From contig OZ360223.1 in the NCBI GenBank assembly GCA_977017645.1, positions 186,248,001-186,312,000 on the forward strand: a DNA stretch of 64,000 bases. Direction: 5' to 3'. The translations under genes were made by a program, and so were the position numbers. Positions within the stretch are counted from its first letter, which is position 1; each line of letters opens with the position of its first letter. This document shows, in pieces, positions 25,321 to 38,229 of this stretch. This DNA comes from Torpedo marmorata (Eukaryota). The notes below the pieces were generated by a model, which saw only the letters and a program-made list of their open reading frames with translations, made no database searches and had not been told where the DNA came from.

Positions 25321-28300
25321 ACCTTATGCAGGAGGATGAACGACTAGCTGCTCCTGTTAAAGTTACATTCAGGATGATCAAAACAAAGTGCAATAGTGCT
25401 TAATAATGAGTCCAAATAAATAATTTCACCTAAGAAAGAACAGGATGTTAGTGCAAAGGATGATCATATCTAAGCAAAAACAATTTGTTGAAACTTTGAC
25501 TACCGGTACTTCTTAGTTGTCGGAACAAGCAAAGGCATGATTTTGTTTTGATTTTGGTGAAGTCAAATAACTCAGGTAAAACTTAAGAAGTTTCTTAGTT
25601 GCTTTGCCGTGGCACAGTTTTTTCAGTCAGTTGATTAGGCTCACCGAGGTATTGCCAACGTCTACTTCTTGTGCTACACCAGAATCTGCTTGTGATATTT
25701 AAGATGACCAGCCCACCAAGGTTTTCATATTCAGACCTGCTTGCTCACTTCACTGCTATTTTAATCAAATATTCGCCAACTGCCATGCAAACGAATCGCA
25801 ATGTGATAAACCCAGACCAATACTTTGGAGGATCTTCCTTCCTTTTCTATTCCCTTCGCTCCACAGATTCTGCTGCAGTGCAGTCCCATTGCAATCCACC
25901 ACGTCAACCAATTGGTCAAGCGTCATGTGCAAACGTGCACAGCAAGAATCGGCCAGCTGTCTGACAGTGGGAGATATCACAGCTGAGTTTTGCTTTTTAA
26001 ATTCTTTTCAACAGGGGTCACAGGATAAAAATCAAGAGCTGGTGTGCCCTTGCCCAAGGGCACTGAGGCCAGTTGAAACACTTAATAGTAGCCTGAGGTG
26101 AAATCTAAGCAGATTTTGCTGAGAAGAAATTTTGAACAAAAAATTGGGAACAAAATCCACTTCTTGCACACTCACCTGCCCATAAGAATTTTATTTTAAA
26201 AAATCAAGAAGAATTTCTGAATATTACATGCCAAATGTAGCTAAGATTTAGACATTTTCTTGGAAATAAAATGTTATTGATTTTAAATCACACTATGGAA
26301 CTGTCAATAATGCAAACAAAACCATCGCACAATCATTATGTTGGTGCCTTAAAATTTTCAGTCTCTTATATTTAGCCTTTTGCCTGTGTGATTCATTGTA
26401 CCTGAATTCTATGCTTTTGTTTCTTTTGTGCTTTTGCTGCAGCATGTAAACTCTCTAAATATTTTAAAGTTCCACTGGTCTGCCTTTTTGAGGATGTCCT
26501 ACTTCCTATTACAATATTACAGTATTGGGGGAGGGGAGGATGTTAATCTGGAGTAAAAAAATACTGAGAAGTGCTGGGCAACTTTGCACAAAATCAGTAT
26601 CGGGCAATGTAGATTCGTTATTGTTTCACTGTGGTACATTTTATGCTGACATCATTCCAACCATATTTGCTGACAAGTCATAGTTCAATCTGGGTATATT
26701 CAGATGCACTTTATTGCTTTTAGATTGTACAATTTACCTCTTCTATTTTTATTAATCTTCCCCGAGGAAAGGGACACTATCTGGGGAGGACTGCAGGGTT
26801 TCTGTTTTCTGTTGTATTTTACTTCGCTGTGAGACTTGCAGCATCAGTTTACTGTAGGAACCAATGCCATTGTCTTGTCTTTTTTGAAAGGTCAAAACTG
26901 AATAAAAAGCACAATATCCATCATCAGAGTACAAAGAAAGTATTGACTTTCCTAATCCAGTTTCGATGAAGGGTGAGAGAATTAAATTAGTTATCTAGGT
27001 GAAGAAATCGCAAGCGTATGAGAAAAGATAAGGAGGCAGTTGTGTTTCTCTGGGAGCTTTCGGCCCAAGATGCGCAGGTGTGTCACCCGATCCATGACTT
27101 GCATCGATCGAGCTGTGCAAATGCATATTTAATTAGTGCAGGGACTTGGAATGCATTATGGCCCTGAAGTTTGCATTGAACGGACTGTCAAGCTTTGTGA
27201 ATGTTCTTCCCTGGTTCGTTGTTCAAGGCGCTTCTGTACTGTGTCTGAGCAGCTAAAAGTTTCTTTGTTTTTAGCTGCTGATGCGTAGCACACTGCTGAG
27301 GGGAATACAAACAAGTAAAGTGTTAAAGTGTTTATTTTTGTCTGGAAATAAGGCTGAGACAACATGAGAGACGTGAGGCTGATGCCGAATAATGATGAGA
27401 TTCCCATTTGAATTCATGTATTTTTCCCATTTTATAAAGTGGCATTTTCAAAAAAGTTGTACAGTCTTTCATTTATGTATTTTCAACTTTACACATAACT
27501 TTTAAAACCTTAAATATCCCACGGATTTCCCCCCAGCTTTACAGTGCGTTTCCCATATCCTTCATGGGTCTGGTGGTTTGGCTCTAACTTTTGTCTGGAG
27601 AATCTGAAAGACAGATGCAATAAAGAATAGTTTTTGTTGACTGACTGAATCAGAAGTTTGAAAAGAACTACCTCAGTGCATTGTCATTACTTGAGATGGG
27701 AGATTTCTTCATTTCTGTATAATGAAGAAACAATGCTGTAGTTAGGGTCACATTATATTAGTCTTGCAACCAAATTCTATTTCATGATAAATGCTGTTTC
27801 TCAGTTTCTCGTGCAAGAGTATTTTTTACAGGTTACACAGCTTCTAACAAAGGAAAGCTGGTAGAACATTTCATTTCATGCTTTTTTTTCCCACAATGTT
27901 ATGTTTGCATAGAATGTCTGGAATAAAAATTTGAATATTAAAGACATGTTTATGGAAAATTTGATACTGATGGGTGTTGAATTATCAGTAGATCTTAACA
28001 AGTCAAAGTGATAGTTTATTTTTTGAGAGAACAACTTTCATCAAACCTGCAGTATTTTAAAATCTTTTTTTTTTGTGGACAGCTGCATTAAATCTATTTA
28101 TCTATTTCTCGGCCAACTTGGAGGAAGACATTTTGGAAAGGTCCTGATCCCCAGATAGTTTCCATGCCCTTTGATACCCTCGCTAAATCTCGCATTACCA
28201 CTAAAAATAGGCTAACAGAGCACACCAGTAAATAGATTTAAGCCTGAATCTTAAGGTTAATAGTCCATACTATATGTGTATTAGCTGCTAAAACAGTGAA

Positions 28301-29367
28301 AAATAAATCTATGAAGAAGAAATTGCTCTGGATATGATTTTGGATGGTCTGGAATAAATATTAGGATCATGTTAACAGAGCTGCTATTTAAGCACACTTT
28401 ATCCATCATTAGTCATTGCATGTCTTTTTTTCAAAAACCACAAAGCTAATTGTAAGTGGTTTCAAACTTCCTCAAAGGTTAAGCTTTCCCCAGCTACAAG
28501 TACAAATTTAGATATGATCAGATGTTGAAATTCTAACCACAAATGATTCCGTTTTTTGCAGGGTGCCAGTTTACAGATGAGGTGTTATTAGAAAGCATCC
28601 ATCAAATCATATATCTAGACCTGAATTGCATTTCATCACTTTGTAATTATTGAGCAGACAAAAGCTGGGTTAAAGCAAGACGCTATCATCTCACCAGTAC
28701 AGCACCTCAACTCCAGCAGATGACCAATCGAATTGGTGTTGCTGCACAGAATGAGGCTCTGTTCAATCTTTGTTCCCTCCACCTCAGAACCAGATCATTT
28801 CAGCTTCGATGGTTGAATTACGACACACAGACAACAATTGCACATGCACACACTGAAAGGCTTCAGTGAAACATGCAAGAGGAACGATCTTACACTAAAC
28901 ACCCAGAAGATTCTCTTTCATATCACAGAGTTTCATCTCCTGACAATCAAAATTCACACAACACTGGAAAACGTGGGTAACATGATTTATTTTTGGGAGG
29001 TGACCAGGCAGTTATCAATTAAAAAATTCACCACTGACTCCAGTCCTCAAAGAAAGCCTTTGATTGCAGGACAAATCGTTTGAAGATCAAGTCCTCAAAC
29101 CTGACACATTTGTTCTCCTAAGCAGCAATGATCTCTATTGTCCTCTAAGATTTGGAGACATAAACAAACACCTCAAAATACTGGAGCGGTCCTCCTCACA
29201 TTGCGTCTGTACATCCTCCAGATCTATTGTCAGATGGGAAGAACTAAGTGTCCTCTCCCAGGCCCACACCCCCAGAATCGAGGCTCTGATTACACTGAAA
29301 TATCTCCAGTGAGGAGGCCACATCATTCACATGCCTGACACTGGCATCCTGCATGAACAGTTTAATC

Positions 29368-29553
29368 CAGTGGTTATCAACCACTGGGCCATGGCCCACT
29401 CTTGGGCCACAGCGTCTTTCCATGTGGATCTTTAAAAATGTTAAATAAAATACTTTAAATTAGGTAAAGATGTGTTTCTTACAGAGCTGCCTTTGACTTG
29501 AAAATATTGCTCAGTCATTGCCACTAGTGGGCCATGGCATGTTAGACGGGAAG
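29368..29553. mobile_element. hAT-like MITE fragment
   Basis: Starts CAGTGGTTATCAAC (hAT/Charlie-type terminus) with TGGGCCA subterminal motifs at both ends; right TIR lost or merged into the satellite. Confidence 0.55.
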
Positions 29554-32370
29554 CCCCTCTGTTTCTCCACCTCTGTTTCTCCCCCCTCTGTTTCCCCCCT
29601 CTGTTTCCCCCCCTCTGTTTCTCCCCCTCTGTTTCTCCCCCCTCTGTTTCTCCCCCCTCTTTTTCTCCCCCCTCTGTTTCTCCCCCCTCTGGTTCTCCCC
29701 CCTCTGTTTCTCCCCCCTCTGTTTCTCCCCCCTCTGTTTCTCTCCCTCTGTTTCTCCCCCTCTGTTTCTCCCCCTCTGTTTCTCCCCCCTCTATTTCTCC
29801 CCCTCTATTTCTCCCCCTCTGTTTCTCCCCCTCTGTTTCTCCCCCTCTGTTTCTCCCCCCTCTTTTTCCCCCCTCAGTTTCCCCCCCTCTGTTTCCCCCC
29901 TCAGTTTCTCCCCCTCTGATTCTCCCCCCTCTGTTTCTCCCCCTCTGTTTCCCCCCTCTGTTTCTCCCCCTCAGTTTCTCCCCCTCTGTCCCCCCTCTGT
30001 TTCTTCCCCTCTGTCCCCCCTCTGTTTCTCCCCCTCTGTCCCCCCTCTGTTTCTCCCCCTCTGTTTCTCCCCCTCTGTTTCTCACCTTCTGTTTCTCCCC
30101 CTCTGTTTCTCCCCCTCTGTTTCTCCCCCTGCTTCTCCCCCCGTCCCCCCCTCTGTTTCTCACCCTCGGTTTCTCCCCCTCTGATTTTCCCCCCTGTGTT
30201 TATCCCCCCTCTGCCCCCCCTCTGTTTCTCCCCCCTCTGTTTCTCCCCCTCTGTTTCTCCCCCTCTGTTTCTCCCCCTCTGTTTCTCCCCCTCTGTTTCT
30301 CCCCCCTCTGTTTCTCCCCCTCTGTTTCTCCCCCTCTGTTTTTCCCCCTCTGTTTCTCCCCCTCTGCTTCTCCCCCTCTGTTTCTCCCCCCTCTGTTTCT
30401 CCCCCTCTGTTTCTCCCCCTCTATTTCTCCCCCTCTGTTTCTCCCCCTCTGTTTCTCCCCCTCTGTTTCTCCCCCCTCTGTTTCCCCCCTCAGTTTCTCC
30501 CCCTTTGATTCTCCCCCCTCTGTTTCTCCCCCTCTGTTTCTCCCCCCTCTGTTTCTCCCCCTCTGTTTCTCCCCCTCTGTTTCTCCCCCTCTGTTTCTCC
30601 CCCCTCTGTTTCCCCCCTCAGTTTCCCCCCCTCTGTTTCTCCCCCTCTGTTTCCCCCCTCAGTTTCTCCCCCTCTGTTTCTCCCCCCTCTGTTTCTCCCC
30701 CCTCTGTTTCTCCCCCTCTGTTTCTCCCCCTCTGTTCCCCCTCTGTTTCTCCCCCTCTGTTTCTCCCCCTCTGTTTCTCACCTTCTGTTTCTCCCCCTCT
30801 GTTTCTCCCCCTGCTTCTCCCCCCTGTCCCCCCTCTGTTTCTCCCCCTCGGTTTCTCCCCCTCTGATTTTCCCCCCTGTGTTTATCCCCCCTTTGCCCCC
30901 CTCTGTTTCTCCCTCTCTGTTTCTCCCCCCTCTGTTTCTCCCCCTCTGTTTCTCCCCCTCTGTTTCTCCCCCCTCTGTTTCTCCCCCTCTGTTTTTCCCC
31001 CTCTGTTTCTCCCCCTCTGCTTCTCCCCCTCTGTTTCTCCCCCCTCTGTTTCTCCCCCTCTGTTTCTCCCCCCTCTGTTTCTCCCCCTCTGTTTTTATTC
31101 CCCTCTGTTTCTCCCACTCTGTTTCTTCCCCTCTGTTTCTCTCCCTGTTTCTCCCCCTCTGTTTCTCCCCCCTCTGTTTCTCCCCCTCTGTTTCTCCCCC
31201 CTCTGTTTCTCCCCCTCTGTTTCTCACCTTCTGTTTGTTCCCCTCTGTTTCTCCCCCCTCTGTTTCTCCCCTCTCTGTTTCCCCCCTTCTGTTTCTCCCC
31301 CTCTGTTTCTCCCCTTCTGTTTCTCCCCCTCTGTTTCTCCCCCCTCTATTTCTCCCCCTCTGTTTCTGCCCCTCTGTTTCTCCCCCCTCTGATTCTCCCC
31401 CTCTGTTTCTCCCCCCTCTGTTTCTCCCCCTCTGTTTCCCCCCCTCTGTTTCTCCCCCTCTGTTTCCCCCCTTCTGTTTCTCCCCCTCTGTTTCCCCCCT
31501 TCTGTTTCTCCACCTCTGTTTCTCCCCTTCTGTTTCTCCCCCTCTGTTTCTCCCCCCTCTATTTCTCCCCCTCTGTTTCTGCCCCTCTGATTCTCCCCAT
31601 TCTGTTTTCACCCCTTGTTTCCCCCTCTGTTTCTCCCCCTCTGTTTCTCCCCCCTCTGATTCTCCCCCTCTGATTCTCCCCCTCTGTTTCTCCCGCTCTG
31701 TTTCTCCCCTCTGATTCTCCCCCCTCTGATTTCCCCCCCTCTTTTTCTCCCCCTCTGTTTCTCCCCCCTCTTTTTCTCCCCCTCTGTTTCTCCCCCCTCT
31801 GATTCTCCCCCTCTGTTTCTCCTGCTCTGTTTCTCCCCTCTGATTCTCCCCCCTCTGATTCTCCCCCCTCTTTTTCTCCCCCTCTGTTTCTCCCCCTCTG
31901 TTTCTCCCCCTCTGTTTCTCCCTCTTCTGTTTCTCCCCCTCTGTTTCTCCCCTCTGTTTCTCCCCCTCTGTTTCTCCCCCTCTGTTTCTCCCCCTCTGTT
32001 TCTCCCCCCTCTGTTTCTCCCCCTCTGTTTCTCCCCCCTCTGTTTCTCCCCCTCTGTTTCTCCCCCCTATGTTTCTCCCCCTCTGGTTCTCCCCCTCTGT
32101 ATTTTTCCGCTGTTTCTTTCCCTCTGTTTCTCCCCCCTCTGTTTCTCCCCCCTCTGTTTCTCCCCCCCCTGTTTCTCCCCCTCTGTTTCTCCCCCTCTGT
32201 TTCTCCCTCTCTGGTTCTCCCCCTCTAGTTCTCCCCATCCGTTTCTCCCCCCTCTGTTTCTCCCCCCTCTGTTTCTCCCCCTCTGTTTCTCCTCCTCTGT
32301 TTCTCCCCCTCTGTATTTTCTCCGCTGTTTCTTTCCCTCTGATTCTGCCCCCTCTGTTTCTCCCCCTTTG
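29554..32370 (+). repeat. 2.8-kb pyrimidine minisatellite, unit CTCTGTTTCTCCC(C)1-2 (~15-16 bp)
   Basis: Seen directly; accounts for the low-complexity ORFs at 29441-32403. Confidence 0.99.
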
Positions 32371-33289
32371 AATCTGCTCTTCTGATTCTAATCTGAATTC
32401 CAAAGATTTTCAGGAAGTCAGAGGAAATGCTTCAAGAACATTCAAAAATTCTCTGTTGAAAAATGTAACTTCCTTACCTATTCTCGGGAATCACTTGCCC
32501 ATGACCAATTAAACTGGTGAAGGGGCATCCGGCAAAACACCCTGTGTCTCTCTGACAGGAGCATGCAGAAGCCACATTAAATCAGTAGATTAAGTGCAGA
32601 ACCTCCCAACCAATTTGTGCCGCTCGCCTGCCCTGGCGAGCACCATCTGCACCACCTGTGGCAAAGACTGCAGATCTGCATTCTTCTCTTCTTCCAGTTC
32701 AGAACCACAGAACCTGCGTGAGACCATGTCATCATTCACCCAGAGTGTGTCCAAAGAAGTAGAAACATCACGTTATGAAAACAATTATGCAGCTTTCATA
32801 GGTTTAAAAGCATAATGTGAATGCTGATTTATTCAAAGTGTTATGTGAGAAATGGATGGAACTCGAGTGAGGTGTACTCATAACTAGACTGGGTTCGCGA
32901 GATTGCTGAGTCTTTCCATACAGAGCAGTTGACTGCCAGGAAATTACTTAACATTTTTCCTGTGTAATTTGACGTGTTCTACAAAGCTGGTTTGTCAGAG
33001 TGCTACTCCTTTTGTTTGTTTAACTTCCAAGCAGGCAGATTCAGCACAGCTAGTTCAGTCTTGCCCATCTCTGAAGATCTCCATGCTTGAGAGAATCCCC
33101 AGTCTGGAGAGAAGTCACTCCCAGGCCAACTCCACCAGTGCTGCACTGTTTCTTTGCAGAATTGGCCAGGTTTACAATCCAAACTACATGAAGGGTCACA
33201 TATGAAAAATGTGTCATAATTTTAACTGCATATAGCGAAGCACTGACATTTTAAATTATGTTTAAAGATACATATGACCTCCTCCTTGC

Positions 33290-35285
33290 TTCGCTTCTCA
33301 CTCTCCTCTCACTCCCTCACTGCTCCACTCACTTCCCCCTCACTCTCCCCTCAGTCCCCCCTCACTGATCAACTCCCTACTCACACCCTCCTCACTGCTC
33401 CCCTCACTCCCCCCTCATTGCTCCGCTCACTCACCCCCACTGCTCCACACTCTCCACCACTCCCCCTCATTCCCCCCTCATTCCCCCGCACTGCTCCACT
33501 CACTCCTCACTCCCCTCACTCCCCCCCACTGCTCCACTCACTCTCCCACTGCTCTACCCCCTCCACTCACACCCCCCTCTCTGCTCTTCTCACTCCCCCC
33601 TCATTCCTCCCCACTGCTCCACTCACTCCCCCTCACTTTCCCCTCACTACTTCACTCACTCCCCCCTCACTGCTCCTCTCACTCCCCCTCACTCCTCCCC
33701 ACTGCTCCACTCACTCCCCCCTCACTGCTCTTTACTCTCTCCTTACTGCTCTACTCACTCTTCCCTCACTGCTCCACTCACACCCCTCATGCTCCACTCA
33801 CTCCACCCACTGCCCCATTCACTTCCCCCCACTGCTCCACTCACTTCCCCCTCAATTCCCCTTCCCCCTCACTGCTCCACGCATTCCCCTCACTGCTCCT
33901 CTCACTCATCCCCCCACTTCCCCATTCCCCCTTCCCACTCACTCCCCCCACCGCTCCACTCACTCCCCCGTCGCTGATCCTCTCACTCCTCCCTCATCCC
34001 CCTCTCCCCCACTGCTCCACTCGCTCCCCCCTCACTCCCCCTCTGCTCCACTCATCCCCCTCACTGCTCCTCTCACTCCTCCCTCATACCCCTCACTCCC
34101 CCCACTGCTCCACTCACTCCCCCCTCCCTCCCCATTTCCCCCTCATTCCCTCCACTGCTCCACTCACTCCCCATTCCCCCTCATTCCCTCCACTGCTCCA
34201 CTCATTCCCCCTCACTTCCCCCATTCCCCCTTCCCCCTCACTCCCCCTCACTGCTCCACTCATTCCCCCTCACTGCTCCACTCACTCCCCCTCACTCCCC
34301 CATTCCCCCTTCCCCTCACTCCCCCCACCGCTCCACTCACTCCCCCGTCGCTGCTCCTCTCACTACTCCCTCATCCCCCTCTCCCCCACTGCTCCACTCA
34401 CTCCCCTATTCCCCCTTCCCCCTCACTCCCTCCACTGCTCCACTCACTCCCCATTCTGCTTCCCCCCTCACTCCCCCCACTGCTCCACTCATTCCCCCTT
34501 CCCCCTCACTCCCCCACTGCTCCACTCACTCCCCCTTCCCTACTCACTCCCCCATTCCCCCTCACTCCCCCCACTGCTCCACTCACTCCCCCTTCCCTAC
34601 TCACTCCCCCATTCCCCCTCACTCCCCCACTGCTCCACTCACTCCCCCTTCCCTACTCACTCCCCCATTCCCCCTCACTCCCCCCACTGCTCCACTCACT
34701 CCCCCTCACTGCTCCTCTCACTCCTCCCTCATCCCCCTCACTCCCCCCACTGCTCCACTCACTCCCCCATTCCCCTTCCCCCTCATTCCCTCCAATGCTC
34801 CACTCACTTCTCCCTCACTGCTCCTCTCACTCCTCCCTCACATCCCCCTCACTCCCTCCTCATTGCTCCACTCACACTCCCCCTCATTCCCCCCATTGCT
34901 CCACTCAGTTTTTCCTCACTGATCCTCTCACTCTCCCCTCATTGTTCCACTCACTCACCCCTCACTCCCCCCACTCTCCCTCAGTGCTCCCTGACTCTCC
35001 ATCATAGCTCCACTCACTCTGCCCACACATCCCCCTCACTGCTCCTCTCACCCCCCCTTCACTACTCCCCTTCACTCCTCCACATAGTCCCCCACTTGCT
35101 CCACTCACTATCCCCTCCACTTACTCCTCCCCTGCTGCTCTACTCACTCCTCTCTCTACTCACTTCTACTGCTGCATCTACAATCACTTCCCCCCCACCC
35201 CACTCATTCCTCCTTCACTCACTCCTCCCCCCTTCTGCTCTACTTACTCCCCCTCATTACTCCATTCACTCCCTTGTCACTGCTT
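33290..35285 (+). repeat. ~2-kb C-rich degenerate satellite (core CACTGCTCCACTCACTCCCC)
   Basis: Seen directly; source of the 577-aa P/L/S/H/T pseudo-ORF. Confidence 0.97.
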
Positions 35286-35310
35286 CACTGTACAGAAAAC
35301 CATATTCATA

Positions 35311-35512
35311 CTCAGCAGGTTGGGCATCGTATGTGGGCAAGGAATCAGAGTGGACAGTTCAGGTCATTAACCTTGCATCAGAATTGAATGGTCTTCATCC
35401 AAAATGTTGACTGTTCTCTCTCCACAAATGTAGCCTGACCAGCTGAGTACCGGGTATTTGCTACCTTTTAAAATTTTATTTCAGTTTGCCAGCATCTGCA
35501 GTATTTTGTGTT
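35311..35512 (+). mobile_element. Old Penelope-like hairpin element
   Basis: Inverted arms ctcagcaggt... / ...gcctgaccagctgag, with tail ccagcatctgcagtattttgtg on the right. Confidence 0.65.
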
Positions 35513-35765
35513 CCAACATCAGCTGTGTTCTTACTCCAGCACTTCCACTCTATTATTGTTGAGAAGGATGGGAGTTTTTACTGGAATGGTCCAGTCAGAA
35601 GAAAGTAGACATTAGGACCCTTTTGAGCTAGTGAAGCCAAAGTAAACTCTGAAGGTAACATACGAGCAATTCAGAAAAATGAAGTGCTATTTTTTCCTGC
35701 CTGTTCACCCTCACTAACCACTGTTTTTTTTTATCCCATCCACTTTATTTGGGGCTCTATCAAGT

Positions 35766-36582
35766 TCAGATTTCAGATTTATTGTCAGAGTACATACATG
35801 ACATCACATACAACCCTGAAATTCCTATTTCTGTGGGCGTGGCAGAATTATCACTAATTGGTAGTGCAAAAAATAAACTGTACACAGCGTAAAACATGTA
35901 AACAAACAAAGAACTGTAAACAAACTGACTGTGCAATACAGAGAGAACAAAAAGAAAATCAATAAAGTGCACAAGTAAGAGTCCTTAAGTGAGTCTCTGA
36001 TTGAATTTGTCGTTGAGGAGTCTGATGGTGCAGCTGTTCCTGAATCTGATGGTGCGAGTCTTGTGGCACCTATACCTCTTTCCTGATGGCAGCAGCGAGA
36101 AAAGAGTGTGTGCTGGGTGGTGAGGGTGTTTGATAATTGCTGCTGCTCTCCGACGGCAGCGCTCCCTGTAGGTGTACTCAATAGTGGGGAGGGTTTTGCT
36201 TGCGATGTCCTGGGCTGTGTCCACTACCTTTTGGAGGGCTTTACGCTCAAGGAGATTGGTGTTTCCATAACTGACCGTGATGCAGCCGGTCAGCACACTT
36301 TCTACCACACCTCTGTAGAAATTTGCCAGGGTTTCTGGGGTCATACCAAACCTCCGCAAACTCCTGAGGAAGTAGAGGCGCTGACGTGCTTTCTTCACGA
36401 TGCCACTGGTGTGTTAGGTCCAGGAAAGATCCTCCAAGGTAGTGACTCCCAAGAACTTAAATTTGCTCACCCTCTCCACCTCTGATCCCCCAATGATCAC
36501 TGGATTGTATACCTCTGGCTTTCCTTTCCTGAAGTCAACAATCAGCTCCTTAGTTTTGGTGACATTGAGTGCAAGGTTGTTG
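35766..36582 (-). mobile_element. Rex1/Babar LINE, 5'-truncated
   Basis: KKARQRLYFLRSLRRFGM..LANFYRGVVESVLTGCITV..HPAHTLFSLLPSGKRYR; (TCTGAAA)n tail. Confidence 0.95.
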
Positions 36583-36904
36583 TTCACATTTAGATGCCAG
36601 GTCTGTAACAGGGGTAATTTAAAAGGCAGTGGTAATTCAAAGGATTTTTCAGTCCATTATGCCTGGACCAAGTCTTTAAAAGGGCACTGTAAAGTTGCAG
36701 CTTTGCTGGTGAGAGACCTGTGCACCCCAGTTAATCAATGATGTAGTTACTTGTATCTCATCCAATACTGGACAATGTGGTATGTCATGATGATATATCT
36801 GTGCCTCCCAGAACTGTAGCCCAGTGTTATACAGATCTAAGCCCACCAGTACCATATCTGAGTGTGAAAAGGTAAGAGACCATTGCCAATCAGTTCTGTA
36901 ATAG

Positions 36905-37028
36905 CAAAGGTTTAGAAGGTTGAGGGCCAAACGCAGGCAAGTAGGACTAACTCAGGTAAACAACTTGGTCGTTATGGACCAGCTGGCCCATAGGGCCTTC
37001 TTCTGTGTGATACAACTCTCTGATTCTA
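36905..37028 (+). mobile_element. CR1 3' tail
   Basis: gggccaaacgcaggcaagtaggactaa...ctctctgattcta. Confidence 0.7.
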
Positions 37029-38229
37029 ACACAGTGATTGATCTGTGCTCAGTGTTATACAGTGACAGAATTGTACCCACTATTATTGTAGCGAGTGTAA
37101 ACAGTGAGAGATTCATGCCTATCAGAGCTTTGCTTGAGTGTTATCCAATAAGTGACCGTTGTTGACTTTCACTGCAGTTAAGTGTTATACAATAGGTATG
37201 TGCTCACCAGTACTGAACACCAATGTTATAAAGAAAGGGACCTTTGCCTAACTGTACAGTCACCCAATGTTACATCGTGATAAATCTGTGATCACCAGAA
37301 CAGTGATATAGTGACACACCTGTGCCTATCAGAGTTGTATGCTTGGCACTTCCAGGGCAGATAAAAGAGCAAGCAGCTGAATGGAATGGAATGAATCTTG
37401 TGGGCTGCAGCGGCAAGAAGTGCAGGAAGGTTGGATAGACCTATCCCGTGAATGTGGCATACAAGGTATATATTGTACACCACAGTTCCGGACAAATGAA
37501 TTACATTTTGAAATGTTGTTATGCTTCATAAGTTTTATTTTATTATTTTACAACTTGTAATATGAGCACATACATATTTGGCACATTGGTAATCAATGGC
37601 AGTATTTTGAGATTGCAAACGTTTATAAAAATCGTGCTCCAAATGATGTTGCAGTTTTCAAGTTCAAATGCTTCAAAGCATTTCATGAAAAGAATTACTG
37701 TCTTTTTCAAATGTATTTTCTTTTGTATATATACAAACATGAGCAGCCTGGTGACTGAAGCCCCATTGCATGCATGATAATCTATAAATAGTTCAGCAAG
37801 ATATCTGAGTTGATTCCTTGATGCTCTGTGTCTGACAGGGCAGCCATGCCTTTGGGGATCAGGAGCTGGTGATATAACTGCACTCTATCTCCAATTTAAG
37901 ACTTGATTGAGCTCATTCAGCAGTTTCTTATTATTTGGACAAATATCCAAACACTCTCAGCCCATATTCTGATGATATGATTCAGTGGCTTTGATTTTAA
38001 CTCTCCTTCAGAAACTTGGGTTGTATTCCTCTGAATCTCACAATGAAGCTTTGGGCTTTGTTAGCCTCAGGCCCAATTACATTTAGAACTTTCCGTTTAA
38101 CAAAGGCAAACACAAGATTGTGCTGCACTGTCCTGTGTTCTATGTTCTAAGATATAGAAACCTGAGCTGCCAAAACATGCCAGTCTAGTTCTGCTATTCA
38201 TGCTGACCTTGTTCCCATTGTCCTCTGTA

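Larger units (their letters stand above)
28630..32750 (+). mobile_element. Old RTE-clade LINE (28630-29355 and 32371-32750), split by a MITE-like piece and a satellite
   Basis: FEDQVLKPDT, KHLKILER, SVLSQAHTPRIEALITL..GHIIHMPDT; resumes after the satellite with QRKCFK...SRESLAHD..W and CTTCGKDC. Confidence 0.8.

Noticed and set aside
29441-32403. Long RGG/E-rich and Pro-rich ORFs (up to 541 aa)
   Set aside because: Translations of a stop-free minisatellite on both strands; no gene features.
33274-35007. 577-aa Pro-rich extensin-like ORF
   Set aside because: Arises from a C-rich satellite lacking stop codons.
37030-37340. Loose CAGTG/ACAGT periodicity
   Set aside because: Too degenerate to define a unit.
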